From Vibrio alginolyticus NBRC 15630 = ATCC 17749 (GTDB lineage Bacteria; Pseudomonadota; Gammaproteobacteria; Enterobacterales; Vibrionaceae), in contig NC_022349.1 of the NCBI RefSeq assembly GCF_000354175.2, positions 450,001-482,000 of the forward strand: DNA of 32,000 nucleotides. The letters are read 5' to 3'. Each line of letters begins with the position of its first letter. The stretch's first letter is position 1. Below are positions 1-8,538 of the stretch, one piece after another. Below the pieces are notes generated by a model that was not told the DNA's origin, did no database searches, and saw nothing but the letters and a program-made list of their open reading frames with translations. The position numbers and the translations under genes are program-made.

Positions 1-419
1 TGCTGTCGGAGTTAAATTGGCCAATCTCGAATAGAATTCATTTTGAGTTGACCGAGAGAATACCAGTAAAAGACACTGAGGCCGCGAAAAAAGAGATTTT
101 GTATTTAACGAATAAAGGCTACAAGTTCAAAATTGACGATTTTGGTACCGGATATGGTGGCTTTTCTTACCTACAAGATTTGGGCATCCGGTGTGTAAAA
201 GTGGATAAGATGTTCATTGATCCAATAGGATCTGACGATCAAAAGTTGAAAGTGCTGGACTCAATTGTGTCTGCAGCGAACAAAGCGGAATGTGAGATGA
301 TTGCAGAAGGTGTAGAGAGCCAGGCTCAAGTCGAATATCTGGCTCAGCATGCGATTTACCTTATTCAAGGTTATGTTTACGCTAAACCAGAGCCCCTGAC
401 TAACCTTGCAAGCGCTTAA
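1..419 (+). CDS. EAL-domain c-di-GMP phosphodiesterase, C-terminal part (5' end lies upstream of the window)
   Basis: Frame 3 is open from base 3 (LSELNWPISNRIHFELTER...), so the listed 48..419 ORF is only the tail of a longer gene. It carries the EAL-domain signatures E-L-T-E, DDFGTGYGGFSYL, KVDKMFI, AEGVES and QGYVYAKP. Confidence 0.85.
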   Translation, partial: LSELNWPISNRIHFELTERIPVKDTEAAKKEILYLTNKGYKFKIDDFGTGYGGFSYLQDLGIRCVKVDKMFIDPIGSDDQKLKVLDSIVSAANKAECEMIAEGVESQAQVEYLAQHAIYLIQGYVYAKPEPLTNLASA

Positions 420-504
420 CAGCCATAATGTCAAAATGTACCGTTTTAAAGGTGTCAGTTGCCTAGGTTAGCGCTGATTTCTGCTGATGGGGTTACACTT
501 GAGG

Positions 505-542
505 ATTCCTAACACTCTCATTACTTCTAGAGTGTTAGGAAT
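505..542. repeat. Perfect 14-bp inverted repeat (hairpin) between convergent genes; possible U-tract-less terminator
   Basis: ATTCCTAACACTCT (505-518) pairs with AGAGTGTTAGGAAT (529-542) around a 10-nt loop. It lies between the EAL gene stop (419) and the EamA stop (552). No T-tract follows on either strand. Confidence 0.35.
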
Positions 543-551
543 TAACGTTAC

Positions 552-1439
552 TTAGGAGGAGAGTGCGGCTCTTTTCGTTTTGATTGACGTAATGAGCTGA
601 GGTAGTAATGACATTACGATCATTCCTAGCATTAAGCTGTATTGCAGAGGAGTGAACGTTTCCCCCAATAGCAGTAGGCCCGAAACAATGCCTGCGACTG
701 GGTTTGCAATACCACCAAAGGTAAAATCTACGACCGACATCCGCTGTAATAACCATACATACATGCCATACCCTAATGCGGTGTTCAGAATAACTACCCA
801 CAGTAACCCTAGAATATTCGTCATGGATACGTCCTGAACGACCGTAACATATGGCTCTGGATTGTTTATCGCCAGCACACTTGTTGCGATAGACATAATC
901 ACGCCACCCAAAATGAGCTGCCATGTTAGCACTGTCCACCAGTGCATTTTTGTACCTAGTGACTTTGTTACGCTACTTCCTATCACGATGCACATAATGG
1001 CGGAGATCATCGCAAGTAAGCCCACGGGTTCGAGAGAAATAGAGCTAGGATCAAATAAGAACCAAGCTAAAGCAATCAAAGTTGCGCCGCTTATCGCTTG
1101 AATGCCACTAGGCTGACGTTTGTAGACCGCCCAACCAAACAGCATCGCAAAAACGGGGACCGAAACCATACCAACACCAGAGATGGCAGAAGGAAGCGTC
1201 AACGCCATGACAAAAATGAGACCAAAGAAGCAAGCGATGTTGATGGTTCCTAAAACAAGCAGCACTTTCCACTCACTTCTTTTTGGAAACGAGGGCTTTA
1301 TTGCCAGCAACAAAAGACCCGCAGGCAGTGCCCTTAGAGCACCAAGTAAAACGGGAGGCCAGTCCGGTAGAGTAAACTGAGTAACAGCGTAAGTCGTCCC
1401 CCAAAAAAAGGCAGGAATCATCGCAAGTAAAATGTTCAT
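552..1439 (-). CDS. EamA/DMT-superfamily (RhaT-like) membrane transporter
   Basis: The 295-aa product is very hydrophobic with about 10 predicted TM segments arranged as two EamA-like halves. Its N-terminus, MNILLAMIPAFFWGTTYAVTQ, is typical of the family. It is divergent from a MarR gene. Confidence 0.85.
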   Translation of the reverse strand: MNILLAMIPAFFWGTTYAVTQFTLPDWPPVLLGALRALPAGLLLLAIKPSFPKRSEWKVLLVLGTINIACFFGLIFVMALTLPSAISGVGMVSVPVFAMLFGWAVYKRQPSGIQAISGATLIALAWFLFDPSSISLEPVGLLAMISAIMCIVIGSSVTKSLGTKMHWWTVLTWQLILGGVIMSIATSVLAINNPEPYVTVVQDVSMTNILGLLWVVILNTALGYGMYVWLLQRMSVVDFTFGGIANPVAGIVSGLLLLGETFTPLQYSLMLGMIVMSLLPQLITSIKTKRAALSS

Positions 1440-1549
1440 GTTAAATATCTTTATGTAGAGATAATTAAATGTAACGATATCGGCAAGGTGGCTTTTTGTA
1501 AAGTATCTTTATGTTAAAATAAAAAATATATGATGTTTGGAGAGAAATA

Positions 1550-2032
1550 ATGGATGCAATTGATAGAGTGGTAGAGCAGTGGGCTAGGGAGAAGCCAGAC
1601 CTCGACACTGAACCGATGGCAATAATGGGTCGACTAATGCGAATTGCAAAACACATGGAATCTAGGGTCGCCGAGCTACATAAGAAGTACGATCTGAAAA
1701 TGGGTGAATTTGATGTGTTAGCGACACTGCGTCGAGCTGGTTCACCATATTGTCTTACTCCCTCAGCGTTAATAGAGTCAATGATGCTCACTTCGGGTGC
1801 GATGACCAATCGCTTAGATAAACTAGAGAAGAAAGGGTTTATTACCAGAACCCATAGCAAAGAAGACCGACGTAGCGTCACCGTTGAACTAACAGAGCAA
1901 GGCTTAACCTTAATTGACAAGCTAATTTTGGAGCATGTAGACGTTCAGCAATCGTTATTGCATGGTTTAGAAGGCAATGAAAAAGAGCGGGTTAACCAGG
2001 CGTTAAAATTGCTATTGCCACAATTTGAGTGA
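1550..2032 (+). CDS. MarR-family transcriptional regulator
   Basis: The 160-aa product has a winged-helix core (FDVLATLRRAG...LTPSALIESMMLTSGAMTNRLDKLEKKGFITR...DRRSV.VELTEQG) typical of MarR. GGAGAG precedes the ATG. Confidence 0.9.
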   Translation: MDAIDRVVEQWAREKPDLDTEPMAIMGRLMRIAKHMESRVAELHKKYDLKMGEFDVLATLRRAGSPYCLTPSALIESMMLTSGAMTNRLDKLEKKGFITRTHSKEDRRSVTVELTEQGLTLIDKLILEHVDVQQSLLHGLEGNEKERVNQALKLLLPQFE

Positions 2033-2055
2033 GAACGCAGAAGGAGGTAGGGGAT

Positions 2056-2409
2056 ATGAAAAGCAAAGAACTAGAACAATACTTAAGTACCTTCATGTGT
2101 GCAGAAAGTGATTTCCCATTTGGGCCTGAAGCGCTTGTATACAAAATCAAAGGCAAGATGTTTGCCATCATTGCAGAGAGAAACGGTCGGGAGTATGTCA
2201 GCGTAAAAGTAAAACCAGAAGATGGAGAAGTCTTAACGTCGCAGTTTACGGATATTATCCCGGGTTATCACTTAAATAAGCGTCATTGGATAACGGTTTA
2301 TTTTAACGGTGATGTCGAGGATGGGTTGATTCAAGATTTGTGTGAACGCTCTTATGCTCTTGTCGTTGCCAAGCTGCCGAAAGCACAACGAGCGTTGCTT
2401 GGTGAGTAA
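2056..2409 (+). CDS. MmcQ/YjbR-family protein
   Basis: I chose ATG 2056 because it is preceded by AAGGAGG (2042-2048); the listed ORF begins earlier, at 2029. The motifs FPFGPEALVYKIKGKMFAII and HLNKRHWITV are typical of YjbR/MmcQ. Confidence 0.8.
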   Translation: MKSKELEQYLSTFMCAESDFPFGPEALVYKIKGKMFAIIAERNGREYVSVKVKPEDGEVLTSQFTDIIPGYHLNKRHWITVYFNGDVEDGLIQDLCERSYALVVAKLPKAQRALLGE

Positions 2410-2528
2410 TCGGCAACGCACTGGCCTCTGTTGTCTTGTCGCTCGTTGCTCGTAGCCTTTACGGAAAAATTCGCACCTTTTTCATCCTCGGGCTATATAA
2501 GAATAAGAAGGTGGAAAAGGGGAATGAT

Positions 2529-2963
2529 ATGCGAGCATTATCTGAATGGCTAAAAGAATATGGTGAGAGTCACCAAAACCCTATCAACCAAAAGATTCAC
2601 ACAATCGCAGTTCCAGGTATTTACCTTTCTGTGGTTGGACTTATTTGGTCGATTCCCCAGATTTCATTATTAGGCTTCGAACTTAATTGGGTTTGGGTAG
2701 CGGTGATCCCCACTTGGGTTTTCTATTTTCGTTTGTCTCTGAGCGTATTCATGATGATGATCGGCTACACATTAGCGTGCATTGGCCTTATTTGGTCTCT
2801 AGAGGTATTGATGTTGCCCGTTCTGCATATTTCTATGCTTTTGTTTGGCGTATTGTGGATATTGCAATTTATCGGTCACAAGATTGAAGGTAAAAAACCG
2901 TCGTTTTTTGAGGATTTACAGTTTCTACTCATCGGCCCGATTTGGGTGTTCAGAAAACACTAG
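2529..2963 (+). CDS. DUF962 / Mpo1-like membrane protein
   Basis: I chose ATG 2529 (MRALSEWLKEYGESHQNPINQKIH...) because AAGGTGGAAAAGGGG lies upstream. The H-x-N-x-x-N-x-x-IH N-terminus and the C-terminal HKIEGKKPSFFEDL motif match the DUF962 family, and the protein has about 4 TM segments. Confidence 0.75.
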   Translation: MRALSEWLKEYGESHQNPINQKIHTIAVPGIYLSVVGLIWSIPQISLLGFELNWVWVAVIPTWVFYFRLSLSVFMMMIGYTLACIGLIWSLEVLMLPVLHISMLLFGVLWILQFIGHKIEGKKPSFFEDLQFLLIGPIWVFRKH

Positions 2964-3168
2964 CGATAAGCAAAATCAGGCATCATCCGAATGACACAAG
3001 ACATATAACGTTCAGAGATTATGTAGCTCTTACTACAGAATACCTCTCCTTCTTATTGCCACGACAAGCATTCACTTTAGATACGCACTATGATTAAAGA
3101 GGTGCCAACGCACTTTACGCTATCGAGATGCTTAAACTTACGGCAAGTTTACTTTAGGGGGGGGATGA

Positions 3169-3480
3169 ATGTACGATCGACAATATAAATATGCCTATTG
3201 GAGAGAAGAGCGTAAAAAAGGCAAATGGCACTATATATTAAAGTCCTTCTTTATGATTTGTTGTGCATTACTGCTTGGTAAAGTCATCGGTTTGTTCATT
3301 TTTGGAGAGCTGCATTCTTTAAGCGACATTTGGGAACAACTCCCTGCGGATGTTTTTATTATGATGCTCGTGGGCTTCCCAATTAGTGTCCTTGGTTGGT
3401 ACCACGAAGAGTCAAAGTTTTTCCGGGCACTGCGACGCAAAGAAAAGCGGTTAAAAGGCAATCAAAACAAACCGAAATAG
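3169..3480 (+). CDS. Small hypothetical membrane protein (2 TM, basic tails)
   Basis: The 103-aa ORF has two hydrophobic segments and a Lys/Arg-rich C-terminus. A G8 homopolymer (3157-3164) serves as its only SD-like element. I recognise no family. Confidence 0.5.
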   Translation: MYDRQYKYAYWREERKKGKWHYILKSFFMICCALLLGKVIGLFIFGELHSLSDIWEQLPADVFIMMLVGFPISVLGWYHEESKFFRALRRKEKRLKGNQNKPK

Positions 3481-3626
3481 AGTAACCTTTGTCTCTGTTT
3501 GGATTGCCACTTACCTATCTGATCGATTCTATCCCTTCCAGTCGTTTAGCGTTTAGTTACGTGTTGCAAAAAGCCTTCTTAATACAACAGCCCCCAGTGT
3601 TGTGGAAATTGGTACTGTAAGAAATA

Positions 3627-4718
3627 TTAAAAAACGAAGTTGAGCATTAGCGTATAAAGGCTCGCACTGTCATCCTTTGGGGCTGATGAAAACGCGCCAG
3701 AGCTATTATTGTAGGCGTTGAACCTTTGCCATTCTGCATTCAGGGAAACGTTGTAATCTAGGTCATATCTCAACCCGAGTAAGAAACTGTCTCCACTTTT
3801 TTTATCCCGACTATTAAACTGCTGACCGTAAACAATATAAGGAGTCAGCTTGTTTACATTATAACTTGTTGTCGCGTACCAAGATGAGGAAAGATTGCTG
3901 GTCTGTCCTTCTGCCATAATCACAATGTTATCGAGCTCGTATCTTAACCCTAGAGAAAACAGATCGATCGTGTTGTTTTTTTCTGTTTCAACTAGACGGT
4001 CAATGATTGTGGTTCCGCCACCGGGAGTGGACTGCTCAATGTTAGAGAGCGTCGTTGTTTGATCATAATCGCCGTGGAGGTAGGAAAAATTCCAACGATA
4101 GCTCTCTCCGCTTAGCGTTAAGTTCATCCCTACAGTATTGTTTGACTCAATTTCCAATTCAGTACGTTCATTGATGGTTACGTCACTATTGTCTTTAAAC
4201 CCGACAAACGGCATGGCGGTAAGTACGACTTGCTCATTGAGGTCATGAATCCAGCGTGCAGATAGGCCGTTATAAGCCGTGATACCTAGAATGCTGTCAT
4301 ATACCTCATTCGGTGGGCGGGCTTGGGTAAAAGCGTGGCCGACATAGTTGTACTCAGACATCAAAAACAGTGGCAGTCTTAAGCGTCCTCCTCGTATTTC
4401 TATGTTTTGATAGGTATAAGCCAAATACGCCCACTCGAGCTGAGGCGAGCTCCAATGGTCTTGCGGGCGCTTTACGACTTGTGCGGATGCCCGAAATGCC
4501 TTGTGAAAATAATCGAGCTGCATGCCGAAAGTGGTATCGCAATCGAAACAAGATTCATCGCCAATAAAGCGGTTAACTAGTACCGTAGTTGGGTTATCGG
4601 ATTTTGCCCACGAAGTAGAGCCAAAACCACTTAAAGAAAGTTGTTCTGTTAGTTCAATCGTGGCTGAGCTCGGAAAGGTCGCGATACTCAGCGATAACAT
4701 GGTTAAATATTTTTTCAT
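3627..4718 (-). CDS. Predicted beta-barrel outer-membrane protein (porin-like), last gene of the histidine-kinase operon
   Basis: I chose ATG 4718 (MKKYLTMLSLSIATFPSSA|TIE, a signal peptide), which lies one base after the upstream gene's TGA. The sequence shows an alternating amphipathic strand pattern, many Tyr/Gly/Asn turns, and a C-terminal ...YTLMLNFVF aromatic terminus typical of OMPs. Confidence 0.75.
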   Translation of the reverse strand: MKKYLTMLSLSIATFPSSATIELTEQLSLSGFGSTSWAKSDNPTTVLVNRFIGDESCFDCDTTFGMQLDYFHKAFRASAQVVKRPQDHWSSPQLEWAYLAYTYQNIEIRGGRLRLPLFLMSEYNYVGHAFTQARPPNEVYDSILGITAYNGLSARWIHDLNEQVVLTAMPFVGFKDNSDVTINERTELEIESNNTVGMNLTLSGESYRWNFSYLHGDYDQTTTLSNIEQSTPGGGTTIIDRLVETEKNNTIDLFSLGLRYELDNIVIMAEGQTSNLSSSWYATTSYNVNKLTPYIVYGQQFNSRDKKSGDSFLLGLRYDLDYNVSLNAEWQRFNAYNNSSGAFSSAPKDDSASLYTLMLNFVF

Positions 4719-4719
4719 A

Positions 4720-5196
4720 TCAATTCTCCGAGCTAACCACACATAAAACATGAGCATTACTAGGGACGCTCGATGTTGGGGCATAACCAATTCTATTCGG
4801 CTTCTCTTGCATCCATGCTATGAGGTCATCAATGCTGGAGCGTGCAATCACTTTTGGCGGTCTAGCTTTACCAGAAAAAGACAAGCTTGCCCAATGCGCG
4901 TTCATTTGCGCTAAATTTTTGTTGAGAAGATAACGATAGAACTCAGCTCTTTCTGTTGATGTCGCAGGCCAGTCAGAGAGTTCAATTCGCTGGCCTTGTA
5001 AAAGTTGCGTCTTCCCTCTGTACAACTTTCGCGCTTTATTGACAGTGAGCGGAGAGAATTCGTCATTAAATGAGAAAACGGCGTAGCTCTCTGCAGCGAG
5101 AGCTTGGCAATTTAATGAAAGAAGGGCAATCAGAATAAACAGATAGCGTTTTATGTAACGCAAAGGAAAAGCAACGCGAGAATGATTTCTACTCAT
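4720..5196 (-). CDS. Small secreted PBP-like (PstS/periplasmic-binding-fold-like) protein
   Basis: I chose ATG 5196 because it is preceded by AGGTGG, which lies across and just past the stop codon of the upstream kinase gene. The signal peptide is ...LLSLNCQALA|AE. The pattern KLYRGKTQ..G..I.....S..R..F.......WASLSFSG.ARPP........I..W..E.PN.IGY resembles phosphate-binding-protein-like domains, but the mature chain is only about 125 aa. Confidence 0.6.
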   Translation of the reverse strand: MSRNHSRVAFPLRYIKRYLFILIALLSLNCQALAAESYAVFSFNDEFSPLTVNKARKLYRGKTQLLQGQRIELSDWPATSTERAEFYRYLLNKNLAQMNAHWASLSFSGKARPPKVIARSSIDDLIAWMQEKPNRIGYAPTSSVPSNAHVLCVVSSEN

Positions 5197-5205
5197 AGAA
5201 TCCAC

Positions 5206-8200
5206 CTACATTGCTTGTTCTATTTGATATAACAGTTTTTCTTTGCGCACAGGCTTTGGTACGTAGGCATCCATTCCTGAATCAAAGCAGCGCTGGATGT
5301 CATCATCTACGACGCTTGCTGTTAATGCGATAATGGGCGTCTTAGCTAATCCTTTACTCGCTTCATAAGCTCTAATTTGCCTAGAAGCTTCAAACCCATC
5401 CATTATGGGCATCATGCAATCCATCAAAATAACATCAAACTTTCCATCTTTTTGGAACATTTCGACTGCAATTTGTCCGTTTTCTGCGACTTCGAATTGA
5501 TAGCCTGCTTTAGATAGCAATAGAGAAGCCACTTTCTGGTTCACTCTATTATCTTCGACAAGCAAGATACGTTCGGAGCGAATAGGCGTTACCGTTGCTT
5601 CTGGTTGCTCTGAACTCGCAGGTAGTTTATGAGTTTTATCGGGAGTAGTATTCTCTTGGTGTGGTTCAGCAGGCGTCGTGTTGGAAACACGTAACCCAAT
5701 TGCCTTATCTAACTTCTCTTTAAGCAACCCTGCTTTAAACGGTTTGGGCACATAGTCATCCATTCCAACGTCAAAGCATTTTTGTATATCGTCATCGACC
5801 ACACTTGCCGTTAGAGCAATAATCGGAATTCTGAAAGCGCGTTTTTCTTTTACTTCTATTTGACGAATTATTTGGGTGGCTTCAAATCCATCCATTACGG
5901 GCATCATACAGTCCATTAAAATTAGGCTGTATTGATTCTGTTGAAATTTCTCAACCGCTTCTTGTCCGTTTACTGCGACATCAAAGTCGAAGCCAGCTTT
6001 TGTGACGTGTAGCCCCGCGATTTTTTGATTGACCGTATTGTCATCAACGACCAAAATTTTCGGCAAAGATTTAACATGTTGCGCTGAAGTGCTCTCTTGT
6101 TGTGCGTGCGAGAAATTTGCCGCACAACTTTCAAGTGCTTTAATTAAGCGCTGCCCTAGTAGTGGCTGAGTGACCAAGGCGCTGATACTGTTTCTAAAGT
6201 CGAATTGTGGGCTATGAAGGTGCTTGATGAGGCAGACACGAATGTTTCGTTTACAAAGGCTTTCTATCTCATCGATATGCATCGCCGCTGCATTTGGTGA
6301 TGCTTCTACATGAATAACGATAACGCGCTCGTTATCAATCCACGTTGGCAACGCACTTAAGGTATCTACTGACTGCGTTATATTGATGTTGAAAAAACTT
6401 AACTCGTTACGCAGTTTTTGTTCTAGTTGAGTACTGCTGCATACAATCCATATGTCGTTGTGATTCAGAGCGTGATAAGCGTTAAACTCTTGCGTCACAA
6501 CAGGAGCAGTTAGTTCAAAGAAGAAGCGACTGCCTTTACCTTTCTCGGATTCAAGTTGAATTTCTCCACCCATTAGCTCAACTAATTGCGTGCTAATGGC
6601 AAGCCCAAGTCCAGTTCCCCCAAATTGTCGGGTAGTAGAGTTATCCTCTTGGGCAAATGGAGCAAATATTTTCTTTTGCTGCTGGGCATCAATACCAATC
6701 CCAGAATCTTTAACGGAAAACTCGATGACCGCTTCACCATTTTTTATTTCGCGGGTGATGACCGATAGCTCTACACTGCCTTGTTCGGTAAATTTTACCG
6801 CGTTAGACATGAAGTTCATGACAACTTGGCGTATACGATGGTCATCCAACATTACGTGGTAAGGCGTGTTACGGCTAATGTTGACTTGCACATCGATGCC
6901 TTTTTCCTTTGCTTTCGGTGAAATGATAGAAGCAATGTCATAGATAGACTCTCGAACACAAGTTGAATGTGGGCTAATGAGCAACATCCCAGATTCAATT
7001 TTTGAGAAGTCTAGAACGTCATTAATTAAACTCAAAAGCAGTTGGGAGGAGGTTTCAATCGTGTCGACGTAATCGCGTTGTGTGGCAGTCAGGGAAGTAT
7101 CGGATAAGACTTCAGAGATGCCAATAACGCCATTTAGCGGCGTGCGGATCTCGTGGGACATGTTGGCCAAAAAGCTACTTTTGGCTTTACTCGCCTTAAT
7201 TGCATCATCTTTTGCTTGTTCTGCATCTTCTTTAGCTTGTGTGAGCTTTAGTCTGGACAACATCCGCTCATCACTAAGCTTTTTTACCTCTCGAGCAAAC
7301 TTACTCAGCTCGTCTTTACCCTTTATTAGTTGAGCAAGAGGTGAATTTTCAGTGTTACTTTGTTCATTGCTTTCGTTACTGAGAAATTTGAGGACTAGAT
7401 TCAAGTTTCCAGTAACTTTTCGCACCAATCTTAGCGTTAAACTTACGACCAACAGCGTTAAAAGGCTCATCATTGCGATAAAGGTAAAGCGGTGCTGTGT
7501 CGTCGTGTTGATTGTCTTTGATATATCATCACTCAGCTGCTGTTCCATTTTGTCGTCAACACTTTGTAATAACGATAAGCGTTTGTTGAGTGCAGATAAC
7601 CCCGCATCAATCTCATCCGGGGTTAATGATTTGAGTTGAGCTGGTTGCAATAAATAAGCACGAAACTCTTGGCTTTTGATAAAGACTTCACCCGTAAACG
7701 TCTCAATGAGCAGATCTACTTGTTGTTGATTGGCATTTAGCGTCACAAAACGCTCTAGAAATAGTTGTTGGTTCTGGATTAAAGATTGGATAGAAGCCTG
7801 TGTTGTGAGGTCATACTCGTTATTTTCCTCTGAAGATCGAATCAAATATTCGCTTAATCTATGCTCTTCAGTGGACCAAAACATCAACCATTCAAGTTGC
7901 ATCAAAGAAGAAAGGTGAGTGTTTGTTTCATAACTCACATTTCTAAAATAGACTTTGTCTAAGCTCATGAGGATTTCTTTGAACGTATCAGCGCGCCACT
8001 CTGCCGCATCTAACTTTTCTTCTTGATTTTGCGAAGAGAGCATCGAGAGGGTTGCTTCCTCAAAGCTTGTCAACTGGTTTAGTATCTCAGCGTTTTCACC
8101 GAATACTGGTGCTGCAGTGTCGCGTAACAATTGAGATATCTGCTGAGTTTTTAGTTGCTTATCTATTACATCAGGGTTATTCGGTAGGTGATAAAGCGAA

Positions 8201-8388
8201 GATACGCGGTCTATGTAGACAGAGAATAACTGTGCTTTTTGTAGTTCCTGAGCCTGGATAGAAAGGCTTTGTACATGTTTACCCGCGAGGACAAGCAACA
8301 ATAAAATTGGCAGCAAAACCAACCCAAATAGCTTTTGTTTTACCGACAGGTTGTTCCAAGAAAAGATTCCTACCACGCGCATTTCCAT
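5206..8388 (-). CDS. Hybrid sensor histidine kinase (2 TM + extracytoplasmic helical domain, HisKA, HATPase_c, possible pseudo-receiver, two REC domains, no HPt)
   Basis: Kinase motifs present are the H-box FLANMSHEIRTPLNG, the N-box NAVKFTEQG, DSGIGI, and GGTGLGLAIS. Both REC domains carry DD...D(CMMPxMDG)...T...KP. The start is ambiguous: TTG 8394, ATG 8388 or ATG 8382. Confidence 0.92.
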   Translation of the reverse strand: MEMRVVGIFSWNNLSVKQKLFGLVLLPILLLLVLAGKHVQSLSIQAQELQKAQLFSVYIDRVSSLYHLPNNPDVIDKQLKTQQISQLLRDTAAPVFGENAEILNQLTSFEEATLSMLSSQNQEEKLDAAEWRADTFKEILMSLDKVYFRNVSYETNTHLSSLMQLEWLMFWSTEEHRLSEYLIRSSEENNEYDLTTQASIQSLIQNQQLFLERFVTLNANQQQVDLLIETFTGEVFIKSQEFRAYLLQPAQLKSLTPDEIDAGLSALNKRLSLLQSVDDKMEQQLSDDISKTINTTTQHRFTFIAMMSLLTLLVVSLTLRLVRKVTGNLNLVLKFLSNESNEQSNTENSPLAQLIKGKDELSKFAREVKKLSDERMLSRLKLTQAKEDAEQAKDDAIKASKAKSSFLANMSHEIRTPLNGVIGISEVLSDTSLTATQRDYVDTIETSSQLLLSLINDVLDFSKIESGMLLISPHSTCVRESIYDIASIISPKAKEKGIDVQVNISRNTPYHVMLDDHRIRQVVMNFMSNAVKFTEQGSVELSVITREIKNGEAVIEFSVKDSGIGIDAQQQKKIFAPFAQEDNSTTRQFGGTGLGLAISTQLVELMGGEIQLESEKGKGSRFFFELTAPVVTQEFNAYHALNHNDIWIVCSSTQLEQKLRNELSFFNINITQSVDTLSALPTWIDNERVIVIHVEASPNAAAMHIDEIESLCKRNIRVCLIKHLHSPQFDFRNSISALVTQPLLGQRLIKALESCAANFSHAQQESTSAQHVKSLPKILVVDDNTVNQKIAGLHVTKAGFDFDVAVNGQEAVEKFQQNQYSLILMDCMMPVMDGFEATQIIRQIEVKEKRAFRIPIIALTASVVDDDIQKCFDVGMDDYVPKPFKAGLLKEKLDKAIGLRVSNTTPAEPHQENTTPDKTHKLPASSEQPEATVTPIRSERILLVEDNRVNQKVASLLLSKAGYQFEVAENGQIAVEMFQKDGKFDVILMDCMMPIMDGFEASRQIRAYEASKGLAKTPIIALTASVVDDDIQRCFDSGMDAYVPKPVRKEKLLYQIEQAM

Positions 8389-8538
8389 ATCCAAGAAGTT
8401 GATATGAAAAGTGTAGTTTATTTATCTCAGATGTTAGATTTTAAGAGAAAATTCATATTAATGAGGTGGGGGAAGTGTGACCGATATTGCATTACGAGTA
8501 CTAACGCGCTAAGCGGCAATAGTTAACAAAACGGCGTT

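Noticed and set aside
48-419. The listed 123-aa ORF treated as a complete small gene starting at 48
   Set aside because: The first codon is TTG, and the same frame stays open back to base 3. The sequence is the C-terminal half of an EAL domain, so it is a truncated view of a longer gene.
8395-8538. A small 63-aa plus-strand ORF (8335-8526) in the gap between the two sensory modules
   Set aside because: It overlaps the kinase start region on the opposite strand, has no SD, and its sequence has no membrane or domain character. The gap is more likely 5'-UTR or promoter DNA for the kinase gene.
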